In this document: one piece after another, positions 26,360 to 35,787 of the stretch
Layout: every line of letters starts with the position of its first letter
Position numbering within the stretch: position 1 is the first letter of the stretch
Translations under genes and position numbers: made by a program
Notes under the pieces: model-generated
Told to the model about the DNA's origin: nothing
Database searches by the model: none
Seen by the model: the letters and a program-made list of their open reading frames with translations, nothing else
Source of the DNA: a virus
Taxonomy: Duplodnaviria; Caudoviricetes
Length of the DNA: 43,022 bases
Virus record (IMG/VR): IMGVR_UViG_3300032074_000009
Span: 1 to 43,022 of that record
Reading direction: 5' to 3' (one strand)

Positions 26360-27228
26360 TTCTTACCCGCCGCGCCGGCGCCGGCCGGGAAGCCGGCGAA
26401 TAGCAGCGTGTTCGCGCCAGGCACGAACGGCTCGCCCCTGAAATTCACGGCGTTGCCGAACTTTGCGACGCAATCCTCGTCGAGCCGCTTTTGACAGCCG
26501 GCGGTGACGGTGAACGTGTCGCCGGCCGCCGTCACATACGGCGGCGGCAGAAATAGCGTCATCATGCTGCCGGTCCAGTCGAGCACCTCGCGGCGCACGT
26601 TGAGGTTCAAGCCGCTGGTGAATATCAGCACGCCCGCCGTGTAATAGTCGGCGACGCCTGGCAGGCCCGAGGCGAGAAACCGCGTGCTGCTAGCAGGCGA
26701 GGCCGCGACGGCGCCGGTGTGCGTAAAGGCCGCCAGGTCAACCTTGCATTTGTCGTCGCCGAGTTGCGTGCGGCAGGTCGGGCTATAGAACGCGCCGACG
26801 CGCTGCGCGAGTAACTGCGCGAGCCCGCGAAGCGTCGTGTTGACGCTGCCGAGGTCGCCGGTGACAACCTCGCCGATCCAGCCCCGGCGCAACTTCATCT
26901 GCCCGGCATCGGGTGCTTGCCAGTTGCAGGCGAACAGCCGGATTTCGGCATAATCCCAAAGGCCGCGCCGCACGTCATCCTCGGTTATCCCGAGCGTGTC
27001 GGCGAGCCCTTCCATGTCCACATTGTCGACGCTGCCGTTCGCCTGCTGTTGGATCGCCGAGCGCATGAACCCGCCGGCCGCCCGATAGACTTCGCCGCCG
27101 ATCAACAGCGGCTCGTCGTGGTCGGTGAACGTGTATATGGCGCCGTCCTGCCGCACGATGCGCCAGCAGGTCGCAAGCGTCGTCGCCTCTAGCGCGAGGT
27201 GCGAGGCCAGGCCGCCCGAGGCTCTCAT
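26356..27228 (-). CDS. Baseplate hub protein (DUF2163 / BR0599, RcGTA g13-like)
   Basis: TLATCWRIVRQDG...FTDHD, CRTQLGD..C, GCQKR...C..KFGN..NFRGEPFVPG. Confidence 0.9.
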   Translation of the reverse strand: MRASGGLASHLALEATTLATCWRIVRQDGAIYTFTDHDEPLLIGGEVYRAAGGFMRSAIQQQANGSVDNVDMEGLADTLGITEDDVRRGLWDYAEIRLFACNWQAPDAGQMKLRRGWIGEVVTGDLGSVNTTLRGLAQLLAQRVGAFYSPTCRTQLGDDKCKVDLAAFTHTGAVAASPASSTRFLASGLPGVADYYTAGVLIFTSGLNLNVRREVLDWTGSMMTLFLPPPYVTAAGDTFTVTAGCQKRLDEDCVAKFGNAVNFRGEPFVPGANTLLFAGFPAGAGAAGKK

Positions 27229-27785
27229 TCGCGCAACTCGATGATGTCGAGATTGACGGTGCCGATGTCGATTTGGTCGAGCGTCAGTTTGTATTCGTCA
27301 TTGTCGAAACGCACGGGAATGTCGAATTGCCCGCTCCATGTCGCGCCGCCGCCGGCGCCGGTGACAACGCCCGTCGTGCTGTTCACCGTGCCGCTCGTCA
27401 GCGCGTAGCTACCGGCGACGGGCCGGGTGATCGGCCGCAGCAGCGTGACGCCGCCGCTCGTGTAAGCCTTGGCGAGATACTTGTTGCCCGTCGTCGGGTC
27501 GGTCCAGAGCGGCGAGCCGGCCGGCGCGATGTAGTCCGACCAATCGCGGAACAGCCAGCCATAGAGCCGCCCCTGCCGGGCCATGAAAAACGACAGTAGC
27601 TCGTCGAATGCGTCGCTGTCGCGCGGCCCGCTGCTGACGCGCCATTTCGCGCGCGGCAGGCGCCAGTTGCCGACGCGTTGCTCATACCCGCCGAGGGTCG
27701 TCGCAATGCTGGTCGAGAACATCGGCCCGCCCTCGGCGCCTTGCTCGATGGTGCTCGGCAGGCGCACCGCATGGAAGGATGCCAT
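27225..27785 (-). CDS. Distal tail protein (DUF2460, RcGTA g12-like)
   Basis: FHAVRLP...GGP.FST...GGYEQR, FFMARQGRLYGWLFRDWSDY, FDIPVRFD. Confidence 0.9.
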   Translation of the reverse strand: MASFHAVRLPSTIEQGAEGGPMFSTSIATTLGGYEQRVGNWRLPRAKWRVSSGPRDSDAFDELLSFFMARQGRLYGWLFRDWSDYIAPAGSPLWTDPTTGNKYLAKAYTSGGVTLLRPITRPVAGSYALTSGTVNSTTGVVTGAGGGATWSGQFDIPVRFDNDEYKLTLDQIDIGTVNLDIIELRE

Positions 27786-27788
27786 GGC

Positions 27789-30700
27789 TTACAGTCTCCG
27801 CGAGGCGGCCGAGAGCATCGCCCCGATGTCGCTCGCAATCTGCCCCTGGCTCTTGCGGAACGTGTCGGGGTTCGGCGTGGTGATGTTGAACACGGGCGCC
27901 AGGGTGACAGCCCGCCCGCCGCGCCCGCCTGCCAGGCTACGCGCGACGGCGCCCTGCTGCGCCTCGGTCAAAACCAATTCTTTGCGGCGGAGCACGGCCG
28001 GCACCTCGTCGGGCAGCAGGCTAGGCCGCGCACCGACGACGCCGCCCGAGTGATAGCGCGGCGCCTCGCGGAAGATATGCGCCGGCAGCGCGCGGCTCTC
28101 GGCGAGAGCTTCCGCCAGGCCGCCGGTGTGACCGACGATTGCCGGCAGCGCCTCGCTTATGACGCTGCCCGTCGCGGCGCCGCTGCCCATATAGGCGCCG
28201 GTAGCCGCGTCGACCGCGCCGCCCGCCGTGGCACCCGAGCCGCCGGCGCCGCCCGAGCCGCCGCGCAGCCAGCCGCCGATTGCCTGCACGAGCCCGCCGC
28301 CGCTGGCACCGCCGCCGCCGATCGTCGCATAGCTCCCGCCGAACAGCGCGTTTTTCAGCGGGTTGAGCACGGCGAGCTTTAGAAACTCGTTGCTCAATTC
28401 CTTGACTGCCGAAATGCCCGCCTTGCGCCAGTCATCCCATTTCCCGGTGCCGAGCGCGTCGGCCGTCGCCAAGCCGATTTTGTCTAGCGCGCTGCCCGCC
28501 GCGTCGCGCAACTCTCGGTAGCCCTCGACCTGCTGCTGCACCCGCGTCGTCATGTCAGCAATGAGCTTGGCATTCTCGCGGAACCGCTGCCCATCCTCGG
28601 CAGAGACGCCAGGCGTGCGGGCGAGGAATTGCTGCGCCCGCAGGTCAGCCATTGCCCGGTTCATGTCGGCGTCGCTGGCCGACGCCATGCTGCCGGCGAG
28701 CCCGAGCGCGGCGAGGGTATCCCGCTGCCCTTCCGCCGCCTGCCCGAGCCTGGCGCGGCTCTGCGCCGCCGTCAGGTCGTCATATCGCTTCGTCAGCCGC
28801 TCAACCTCGGCCGCCCGCGCCGCGTCGCCGGTGATACCCGAGCGCCGCACCTCGTCGAGCGCCCGTTCGGCGTTCTGCTGCCGGATCGCGGCTTGCGTGC
28901 CGCCTTCCCATGCGACGGCGACGCGGTTCTGCGCGTCGATGGTGCGGCCGAGCGCGTCGGTCTGCTGCCCGTATTCCTGCGTCATGCCGCGCAGGGTCTC
29001 GGCGACAACCTTGCCGCGCGCTGCCACAACGTCGGGCTCGTTGCCGGTTTTGCCCGCCTGCTTCATCGCCTCGTCAAACTCGGCGACGCGCTGGCGAACC
29101 GCACGCATCGTCGGGTCAAGCTCGGCCCCGGCATCGTTCTGCCGCGTCAGGCTGTCGGTGTATTGGTCCTGCACCGGCCGCAGCCGCTCTAGCTCGCTGC
29201 GCAGGCGCTCGACTTCCTGCGTCCGGTCGCGGAAGTCGGCCGAGCCGCTCGGCGTCGCCGCGAGGTCGCTTTCAGCGGTCGCCAGCCGGCGGGCCGCCTC
29301 GTCGCGGGCAGCGCCGGGCAGGCCACGGTCGCGCGCTTCCTGTAGCCGGCCCGCCGCGCCGCCGTCGGCATCGGCCGCCATCGGGCCGGCGCTCGGCGGG
29401 GGCGGGGGCTGCGGGGGCGGGAGCGGCAGGCTGTCGGCCGAGGTCGTGGCGGCGCCGGCCGCCGTGCCTGGCTGATAGCCCCGCAGCAGAACGCCCGCCT
29501 GCTGCGCCCTGGCGAGCGCCTCGGGGCCGGCGGCAAACGGGCGCTCGTAATACTGGCTGACGACGGCGCCCGCCTCGGCGGCTGTCGTGGTGCCGCGCAG
29601 CCGGTCGCCGGCCGCACGCTCGGCGCCGGCGGTTAGCTCGTGCTGCACGAAAGCGAGTTGCTGTTCTGCCGTGCTCTGGCGAATGTCGGTTCCGGCGAAG
29701 TCTTTAAATGCCGCCTGCCGATCGGGGTGCCATTGCGCCAGGCCGAACGCCTTGCCCCGATCGCCGCTGCGCGTCGGGTCCATGCCGCTTTCGGCGTTCA
29801 GGTTCGCCACAATGCCGGCGGCTTGCTCGCGCGACCAACCTTGCGAGGTGAAATAGTCGATCGCGGCGTTGGCGCTCGGGCGCGGCGCTGCCGAGGCACC
29901 GGCGCCGCCCTCGGGGCCGTTCCACAGCCGCCCGAGCAAGGATTGATTGCCGAGGGTGCCGCCGCCGACTGCCGGGGCGCTGCTGCCATCGCCGGCGCCG
30001 AACACCATGCGCCCTTGCTTTAGGCTCTCGGGCAGGTTCAGCCAGCCGTCGCGCAGGTCGCGCAGGCCCCGCACGGCGTCCGCCGCTTTGCTGATGACGG
30101 TTGCCAGCGCGCCGGCGATCGCCTGGCCGAGCCCGTCGGATGCGCCCTGCGCCGCGTTGCCGGTGCGCGTAAGCTCGTTATTGAGCTTGTTCCACGCTGC
30201 CTCGAAAGCCGTCGCCGGCTTCGCGTCGAGATTTTCCCGCAGCCTGGCGGCGACGGCGTTCGCCGCTTCCCATGCCCGGCCGCTCGACTGCAACGCCTGA
30301 ACGTGCCGGATGAAATCGCCATCGAAGCCCCGGATGCCCTCGGCGCCTTCCTCGAAATACCGGCGGGCGGCGGCGGCCGGATCGCGCAGCGCCTCGGCCG
30401 CGCGCGTCGCGCCCTGCGTCACGTCCTCGCCGAACCTGGCGCCGAGGTCGCGCGCGAGCTTGCCCATCTCGACGAGGTTTTCCCGCGTCGCCTGGAAGCC
30501 CGGCACCTGCGCGAGCCGGGTTAGCGCCGTGCGCGCCTCGTCGGTGCCAAGCGCCGTCGTCTCGCCGAGCGTGTGAGCCGCCGCGCTGATTTCACGGGCT
30601 GCACCCATATAGTCGCGCTGCGCGCCCTGTAGCTGCGGCCCAAGCCCGTTCACCGCGCGTTGCTGCCGCTCGGCGGCAAGGGTGACTTCCGCCAGGCCGC

Positions 30701-31271
30701 CGGCGACGAGCGCCAACGCACCGCCCGCCAGCAACGGAACGGCGTTCTGCCGCAACAGGCTGAAAGACTTGCCGACGCCGCCGACGGCATCGACCGCTTG
30801 CGGCGCCTGCTGCAACAGCGGCCGGAACAAGCCGCCGCCGCTGCCGACCTGCACGGCGAAGTCGACGAACTGCGCCGTCAGGTTTTGCACCTGATAGCCT
30901 TGCAGTTTGATCGCGCCGGTCGCCGCCTCGGCAGCGGGCACGATGCCGAGATACCGTTGCCGCGCGAGGTTGATTAGCTCGGCGTGCCGCTCATGCGTGA
31001 TCCGGCCGGCATCGAGCCCGCGCTGCAAGCCCGCCTGCGCCCGGCTGAAATCGTATGCCGCCCGCGCCCCGGCATCGAGTTGCCGAACGAGCTTGTCGAG
31101 CCCCGTCGTGCCTTCCAGCCGGCGGCCGAGGTTATCGCCCGCCTGGCTGGCGCTGCCGAGGCTGTCTTTCAGCCGCTCGTTTGCGCCGATGATCCGGCGC
31201 GCGCCGGCTTCATAGTTGCCGGTATCGAGCCCGAGCGACAGCAGAGTGACTTGTTCGGCCCCGGTTGCCAT
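27789..31271 (-). CDS. Tape measure protein with internal phage-tail lysozyme domain
   Basis: 1160-aa Ala-rich helical protein; NLTAQFVDFAVQ...LLQQAPQ; AAGIVANLNAESG...FGLAQW. Confidence 0.92.
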   Translation of the reverse strand: MATGAEQVTLLSLGLDTGNYEAGARRIIGANERLKDSLGSASQAGDNLGRRLEGTTGLDKLVRQLDAGARAAYDFSRAQAGLQRGLDAGRITHERHAELINLARQRYLGIVPAAEAATGAIKLQGYQVQNLTAQFVDFAVQVGSGGGLFRPLLQQAPQAVDAVGGVGKSFSLLRQNAVPLLAGGALALVAGGLAEVTLAAERQQRAVNGLGPQLQGAQRDYMGAAREISAAAHTLGETTALGTDEARTALTRLAQVPGFQATRENLVEMGKLARDLGARFGEDVTQGATRAAEALRDPAAAARRYFEEGAEGIRGFDGDFIRHVQALQSSGRAWEAANAVAARLRENLDAKPATAFEAAWNKLNNELTRTGNAAQGASDGLGQAIAGALATVISKAADAVRGLRDLRDGWLNLPESLKQGRMVFGAGDGSSAPAVGGGTLGNQSLLGRLWNGPEGGAGASAAPRPSANAAIDYFTSQGWSREQAAGIVANLNAESGMDPTRSGDRGKAFGLAQWHPDRQAAFKDFAGTDIRQSTAEQQLAFVQHELTAGAERAAGDRLRGTTTAAEAGAVVSQYYERPFAAGPEALARAQQAGVLLRGYQPGTAAGAATTSADSLPLPPPQPPPPPSAGPMAADADGGAAGRLQEARDRGLPGAARDEAARRLATAESDLAATPSGSADFRDRTQEVERLRSELERLRPVQDQYTDSLTRQNDAGAELDPTMRAVRQRVAEFDEAMKQAGKTGNEPDVVAARGKVVAETLRGMTQEYGQQTDALGRTIDAQNRVAVAWEGGTQAAIRQQNAERALDEVRRSGITGDAARAAEVERLTKRYDDLTAAQSRARLGQAAEGQRDTLAALGLAGSMASASDADMNRAMADLRAQQFLARTPGVSAEDGQRFRENAKLIADMTTRVQQQVEGYRELRDAAGSALDKIGLATADALGTGKWDDWRKAGISAVKELSNEFLKLAVLNPLKNALFGGSYATIGGGGASGGGLVQAIGGWLRGGSGGAGGSGATAGGAVDAATGAYMGSGAATGSVISEALPAIVGHTGGLAEALAESRALPAHIFREAPRYHSGGVVGARPSLLPDEVPAVLRRKELVLTEAQQGAVARSLAGGRGGRAVTLAPVFNITTPNPDTFRKSQGQIASDIGAMLSAASRRL

Positions 31272-31274
31272 CAG

Positions 31275-31673
31275 TCAGTCGCTCCAATCTTCGTCGTCGG
31301 CTGCGGGCAGGCTTTCCGACATGGCAGCGCGAAACTCGCTGTCGAGCACGCGCAGCGCCGCCAGGTCGAGCGACGACAGCCGCCGCCCTTGCAGGCGGCA
31401 CCATGCGTCGATGTCGGCGAACGTGATTGCTTGGGGGGAACCGCTGTCGGTCCAATGGCGGGCGCCCGATAGCGCGCAGAACACGCGCCAGAGCATATCC
31501 GCGCCGGGCGGTCGCGTCGGGCCGGGAAGCCCGGCAGGCGCACGCCCGGTCTGCCGTTGCGCCGCCTCATAGTGCGCGCGCAGGCTGCCGCCACCGCGAC
31601 GAGGCGCGGCAAGGCGGAATTCGTGCCTGGCATAAGCGACTAACTGCGCCAGCCAGGCGGGATGAAATTTCCC
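31275..31673 (-). CDS. Tail assembly chaperone extension (gpT-like), reached by -1 frameshift
   Basis: The -1 frame after GGGAAAT reads ...WLAQLVAYARHEF...ITFADIDAWCRL...ALRVLD. Confidence 0.8.
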   Translation of the reverse strand, partial: GKFHPAWLAQLVAYARHEFRLAAPRRGGGSLRAHYEAAQRQTGRAPAGLPGPTRPPGADMLWRVFCALSGARHWTDSGSPQAITFADIDAWCRLQGRRLSSLDLAALRVLDSEFRAAMSESLPAADDEDWSD

Positions 31674-32059
31674 TCGGCATCCAGAAACGCGACGGCTTGC
31701 GTGCGCAGCCAGCGCAAATCGGGGTTGTTCCACAGCGAGCGCGCCGTGGTGAAATCGCACACGGCGTCGATGCGCTGGCCGGTCGGCGCGACGAGTTGCC
31801 AGCCGACCGTCAGCCGCGCCAGCATTTCGCCGAGGTCGTCGTAATCTTCCTGCGGGGAAGGCAGCCGGCCGGTGCGGCGTAGCTTTTCCTCGCGGGCGAA
31901 GCGATGGTCCTGCGCGGCGCGGCTGTTCCAGCCGAGCAACTCGATCCAGCACATTTCGCCCGCCTCGTCGGCGATGCGCCGGCCGGTGCCGGGGCGGGTC
32001 GGGTAGAATTTGGCCGAGAGGTCGGCCGGCAGCGCGAGGTCGTCGAATAGACCGGGCAT
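31640..32059 (-). CDS. Tail assembly chaperone (gpG-like)
   Basis: Lies between tail tube and tape measure; ends ...EGNF over the slippery site. Confidence 0.85.
   Translation of the reverse strand: MPGLFDDLALPADLSAKFYPTRPGTGRRIADEAGEMCWIELLGWNSRAAQDHRFAREEKLRRTGRLPSPQEDYDDLGEMLARLTVGWQLVAPTGQRIDAVCDFTTARSLWNNPDLRWLRTQAVAFLDAEGNFIPPGWRS
31667..31673 (-). other. Programmed -1 frameshift heptamer G GGA AAT
   Basis: X XXY YYZ pattern in the correct phase near the end of the chaperone ORF. Confidence 0.82.
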
Positions 32060-32205
32060 GGGGATGCGTCCTGTATTGTGCAAAACGTGTCCGGTCTCTA
32101 CCGGCCGAGGCTTGCGCGCGCCTGCCCGAGCGCGGCACCGCCATCGGCCGGCAGGGGGCCGCGCATCAGCGCAGCCCCGCCGGTATTGGGCACTCGGTCG
32201 CCAGG

Positions 32206-33204
32206 TTAGGCGGCGACAGCCGTATCAGTGATGCGGATTGTCGACGCAGGCTTGTCGCTGTCGCCGCCGAGGTATTCAAGCGCCTGGAACGCGCAGGTCA
32301 CGGGCTGCGACAGGTCGCCGCGAATATCCTCGTCGGCCGAGTTGAGTTTCACGCGCGGCAACTCGATGGTGATGCTGTCGCCGCCGGTCGTCGCGTTCGT
32401 CACAACGAGCGTAACCGAAACCTCGGTTTCATTCTCGAAAATGGTCGCCGCCGTGTCGGCGTCGTCGAGTAGGAATGTCAGCGTCCCGTCGACCTGCGTT
32501 GTGCCCAGCAGAATGTCGGGCGGGAACGCCTGGCCGAGCACGGCGGGCGCCTCGCTGGCGGTTGCGACGCTGACGGTCGCCGCCGTCACGAGGCCGACCG
32601 CAACGCCGTCGATGCTGATGCTGCCGCCGAGGCTGTTGCACACTTCCGTCGTGGTCGCCGCCGTCGGCCCGGTCAGGTAGGGCGCAGCGCCCGCCGAGAG
32701 GGTCTTTCGGTTGCGGCCGAGCACCATAAACTCGACGGTCGAATTGCCCTCGGCCGGCACCGACAGGCGAAAGCCCGTCACGCGCATTTCGGTATAAAGC
32801 CGCGACTTGTCCAAGTCGGTGTTGTACCGCTCGACGGCGAGCTTGCGCCGCACATGACCGCTCGCCGGCGCGGTGACGCTGAACCCGTCGGTCGCCGACG
32901 CGCGGGTGCCGCGCAGCGCCGCCTCGATCCAGTCAAAATAGGTGCCCGGCGAAAGCTCGCCGCCGATCGTGCCCTCTACCCGGCGCGAGGTGCGGCGGCT
33001 GCTGCGCACCTGGCGCGACGGCAGGATTTCGGCCGAGCGGGTGTTATTGACGCGCAGGTTCAGCGAGGCGCTCGTGTAGCGCAACACCTGGCCGCCGGTA
33101 GCGCCTGGCGCGGTCGCCGTGTCTGCCTCGGTATTCGTCGCCATCGTGCCGACGGAATAGAATTTGTAGCGCAGGCTTACGCCCGAGCCCTCGGCGATCG
33201 TCAT
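32206..33204 (-). CDS. Major tail tube protein
   Basis: SAEI...RQV, GGELS, ITIELPRVKL; position before the chaperones. Confidence 0.85.
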   Translation of the reverse strand: MTIAEGSGVSLRYKFYSVGTMATNTEADTATAPGATGGQVLRYTSASLNLRVNNTRSAEILPSRQVRSSRRTSRRVEGTIGGELSPGTYFDWIEAALRGTRASATDGFSVTAPASGHVRRKLAVERYNTDLDKSRLYTEMRVTGFRLSVPAEGNSTVEFMVLGRNRKTLSAGAAPYLTGPTAATTTEVCNSLGGSISIDGVAVGLVTAATVSVATASEAPAVLGQAFPPDILLGTTQVDGTLTFLLDDADTAATIFENETEVSVTLVVTNATTGGDSITIELPRVKLNSADEDIRGDLSQPVTCAFQALEYLGGDSDKPASTIRITDTAVAA

Positions 33205-33267
33205 GCGGGGGTTTCCCTTGGAAGCTCAGGCTTGCCCAAAGCCGGGAGGAACGGGCGCCGGTGCCGA

Positions 33268-33705
33268 CTAGCCCCGGAACCGGAAAACGAAGGCGGCAAT
33301 GCCGCTGCGCACCCACCACGCGCCATCTTCCGACGCGCCCGGCTGCTGCAATGGCATCGAGCCGATAAAGGACAGCGCGCCGGCGCGGGTGCCCCGGAAC
33401 ACGCCAAGCGCCTCGTCGAGTAGCCCGAGTGTCACGGTCTCGCCGGTGCCGCGCGCGCCGAACACGCGCACCACGACAGAACCGCCAAGCTCGCGCTCGG
33501 CCAGGCCGGGGCCGCTGCCGAACGCGACTGCGCGCTCGTCGTCAAACTCGATGCTGACGTGCAGCCACGCCGCCGTGTCGCCGCGCGAGGGTGTCGCAAA
33601 ATCTGTATTGCTATGGAACAGCACCGGAACGCCCGCCGGCGCAGGCCAGCGCGCGAGCCATGCCGCCTCGATAGCCGCAACCGCGTCGGTGTAGGGGTTC
33701 GCCAT
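33268..33705 (-). CDS. Tail terminator-like protein
   Basis: MANPYTDAV...G.V.VRVF...G.G; position before the tail tube. Confidence 0.7.
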   Translation of the reverse strand: MANPYTDAVAAIEAAWLARWPAPAGVPVLFHSNTDFATPSRGDTAAWLHVSIEFDDERAVAFGSGPGLAERELGGSVVVRVFGARGTGETVTLGLLDEALGVFRGTRAGALSFIGSMPLQQPGASEDGAWWVRSGIAAFVFRFRG

Positions 33706-34391
33706 TATGCCGCCTGGTGCTCGCGTATCAGGATGCCGGGAAAGCGCACGTTGGCATCGTTCGCGCGCGCCTCGGCCGATCGGGTCGAGCGGCCCCGGTG
33801 CCGCTTCCGGCCGGTCTCGCGTCGGCCGCTGCCGCCGAGGTCGAAATAGTTGAAATCGAAAGTCGCCAGGCTGCGGTGCGCCGCGCGAAGCCGCATACAG
33901 GATTGCTCGACGAAATGCTGCTGAACCTGCACGACGAACGGGCTGCCGTCGGCGGCATTGCCGACTTCCAGCCGGCGGGCATAAGGCGCCGCCACCACCA
34001 CAACAGCCGAGGTTGCCAAGCGCGGGATTGGATCGTGCCGGCCGATTTCGTCGCCCTCGATCAACGTAATTACGTTCCGCTTCCATGCGCCGCTGCGCTC
34101 GGGGCCGTGCTCGGTCAGCCACTCGACGGTGCGAATGACCGCTTCCGCCAGGTAGCTCCAATCGAGTAGCACCCGGCTGTTGTGGCCGACGGCGGCGAGG
34201 TCGGCGTGCCGCCTGCCGTCAACGATCATATCGGCCAGGTCGGGCGCAATGCCGCCAGAGCGCGCGGTTTGCTCGGCGACGACGCGCGTGCGGGCTTCCG
34301 TCACCGCCTCGCGCAGCCGGCGGGCTGCCAGGTCGGGCAGTAGGTCGCGCGCCACGACATCGAGCCGCGTCCCATTGTTCCGAAATGCCAT
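33705..34391 (-). CDS. Neck / tail completion protein
   Basis: P.RSG.W and PYARRLEVG motifs; synteny. Confidence 0.65.
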   Translation of the reverse strand: MAFRNNGTRLDVVARDLLPDLAARRLREAVTEARTRVVAEQTARSGGIAPDLADMIVDGRRHADLAAVGHNSRVLLDWSYLAEAVIRTVEWLTEHGPERSGAWKRNVITLIEGDEIGRHDPIPRLATSAVVVVAAPYARRLEVGNAADGSPFVVQVQQHFVEQSCMRLRAAHRSLATFDFNYFDLGGSGRRETGRKRHRGRSTRSAEARANDANVRFPGILIREHQAA

Positions 34392-34392
34392 G

Positions 34393-34740
34393 TCAGCCGC
34401 CCCGCACGGCGAGGCTGTAGCCGATAAGCTCGGCGCCTTCGTAAACGGGGCTGGCGAATAGCACGGTCCAGCTATTGGCCGTCGTGCGTAGCTCGTCGGG
34501 GTTGCGCGGCGGCACCGGGAAGCCGGCCGCCGTCAGGTCGGAAGCGAGCAACTCAACCCGCGCATCGCCTTGCCGCAGGTTCGTGCCGGCAAGCTCGTCG
34601 GGGGCATACCGCGTCAGAACGCCCGTCACGGCGGCCGGCGATCCCGCGCCGCGCCGCAGCGTCAGGGGGCGGCCGAACATCGTCACAAGCGACGCACGGG
34701 CCGCGCCGATCGGCCCCACTAGCTGAACCACCGGCGCCAC
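34393..34740 (-). CDS. Head closure / stopper-like protein
   Basis: Synteny; beta-rich 115-aa protein. Confidence 0.6.
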   Translation of the reverse strand: MAPVVQLVGPIGAARASLVTMFGRPLTLRRGAGSPAAVTGVLTRYAPDELAGTNLRQGDARVELLASDLTAAGFPVPPRNPDELRTTANSWTVLFASPVYEGAELIGYSLAVRGG

Positions 34741-35342
34741 GGCGCCAGCAACGCGCCCGCCTCGGCAGGCAGCGCCCCGCCGCTCTCGGCCGGGCCGGTC
34801 GCATAGGTGACGCTGCCGACGCCCTCGGCCGACTGGCTGCGAATGTAGGGGTCTCGGCCCCGGCCGAAATGCCAGGCTTTCATGGTCGAGAGGCAGGCTT
34901 GCTCAATATCCGGCGGCAGCGTGTCGGGCAGCACGAACCCGGCCGCATACTCGATGACAACGGGGCCGCCCCAGCACCACCCGTAGCGCGCGCCGGCCGC
35001 GACGCGGTGCAGCACGCCGTCGGCGAGATAGTATTCATCGGCCGCGAGCGTTGTATCGCCGTCGAGCACCGACGCAATTTCGGGGTCTAGCTCGTTCGCC
35101 AGCGCGATGCCCGATGCGGTCTCGGTCGGATAGGCGCTGAACCACGGGCGCACGCGCTCGGTCTGCCGCAGCGTCTCGCGCCCGAAGCCTCGCGGGCGGT
35201 TGCAGAACCGAATGCACGCCGCCGAGGCGCGGGCGATTAGCGCCGTCATCTGTTCATCGGTGCCGGCGGTGCCTAGCTCGACACGCGCCACCTCTAGCGT
35301 CGTGAGGTTCTGCGTCGTCGCCGGTGTCAGTATTTGCAGCAT
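34719..35342 (-). CDS. Head-tail adaptor (gp6-like)
   Basis: LTTLEVARVELG...LIARAS, IEYAAGF..P..LPPDIEQAC, LLAPWRR. Confidence 0.8.
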   Translation of the reverse strand: MLQILTPATTQNLTTLEVARVELGTAGTDEQMTALIARASAACIRFCNRPRGFGRETLRQTERVRPWFSAYPTETASGIALANELDPEIASVLDGDTTLAADEYYLADGVLHRVAAGARYGWCWGGPVVIEYAAGFVLPDTLPPDIEQACLSTMKAWHFGRGRDPYIRSQSAEGVGSVTYATGPAESGGALPAEAGALLAPWRRWFS

Positions 35343-35403
35343 GGAAGCCCCTCGTTGCCACCGGCAGCAGCGCAGCGCGGCCCGAGCCGCGCCGCGTCAG
35401 GTA

Positions 35404-35706
35404 TCAGCGGCGAGCTTTCGCCTTCACGCGCGAGCCGTTCGCGCCGACTTCCTCGGGCTCGTCGGGCTCGCTGCCTTCCTCGGGGTCGTCATCCTGGCCG
35501 GGCGGAACCTTGTTCGGGTCGGGCAGGTCGGGCTTGGGGGTGCCGTTCGGCACGGGCGCCGGCTGCTGCGGCTCGTCGCTGCCGACGATATAGGCGCGAA
35601 GCTCGCTTGCCTCGGCTTTGCTGACGGTGATGGTGTCGCCCGCCTCGTGCGTCTCGCTGCCGCGCGTCAGGCGCTTCGTCAGGGTGACGGTCTCGGTGTC
35701 GCTCAT
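35404..35706 (-). CDS. Small acidic head-associated hypothetical protein
   Basis: Follows the capsid gene; GGAG RBS. Confidence 0.65.
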   Translation of the reverse strand: MSDTETVTLTKRLTRGSETHEAGDTITVSKAEASELRAYIVGSDEPQQPAPVPNGTPKPDLPDPNKVPPGQDDDPEEGSEPDEPEEVGANGSRVKAKARR

Positions 35707-35787
35707 TAGGTCTCAACTCCCATCTTTACGGCACGGCACGGCGAAGGCACGGGGCGGCACGGGGCCGCCCCGCCAGTCTCGGCCGAC

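Noticed and set aside
35729-35775. GGCAC short repeats after the capsid gene
   Set aside because: Low-complexity GC sequence; at most a weak hairpin with no clear U-tract.
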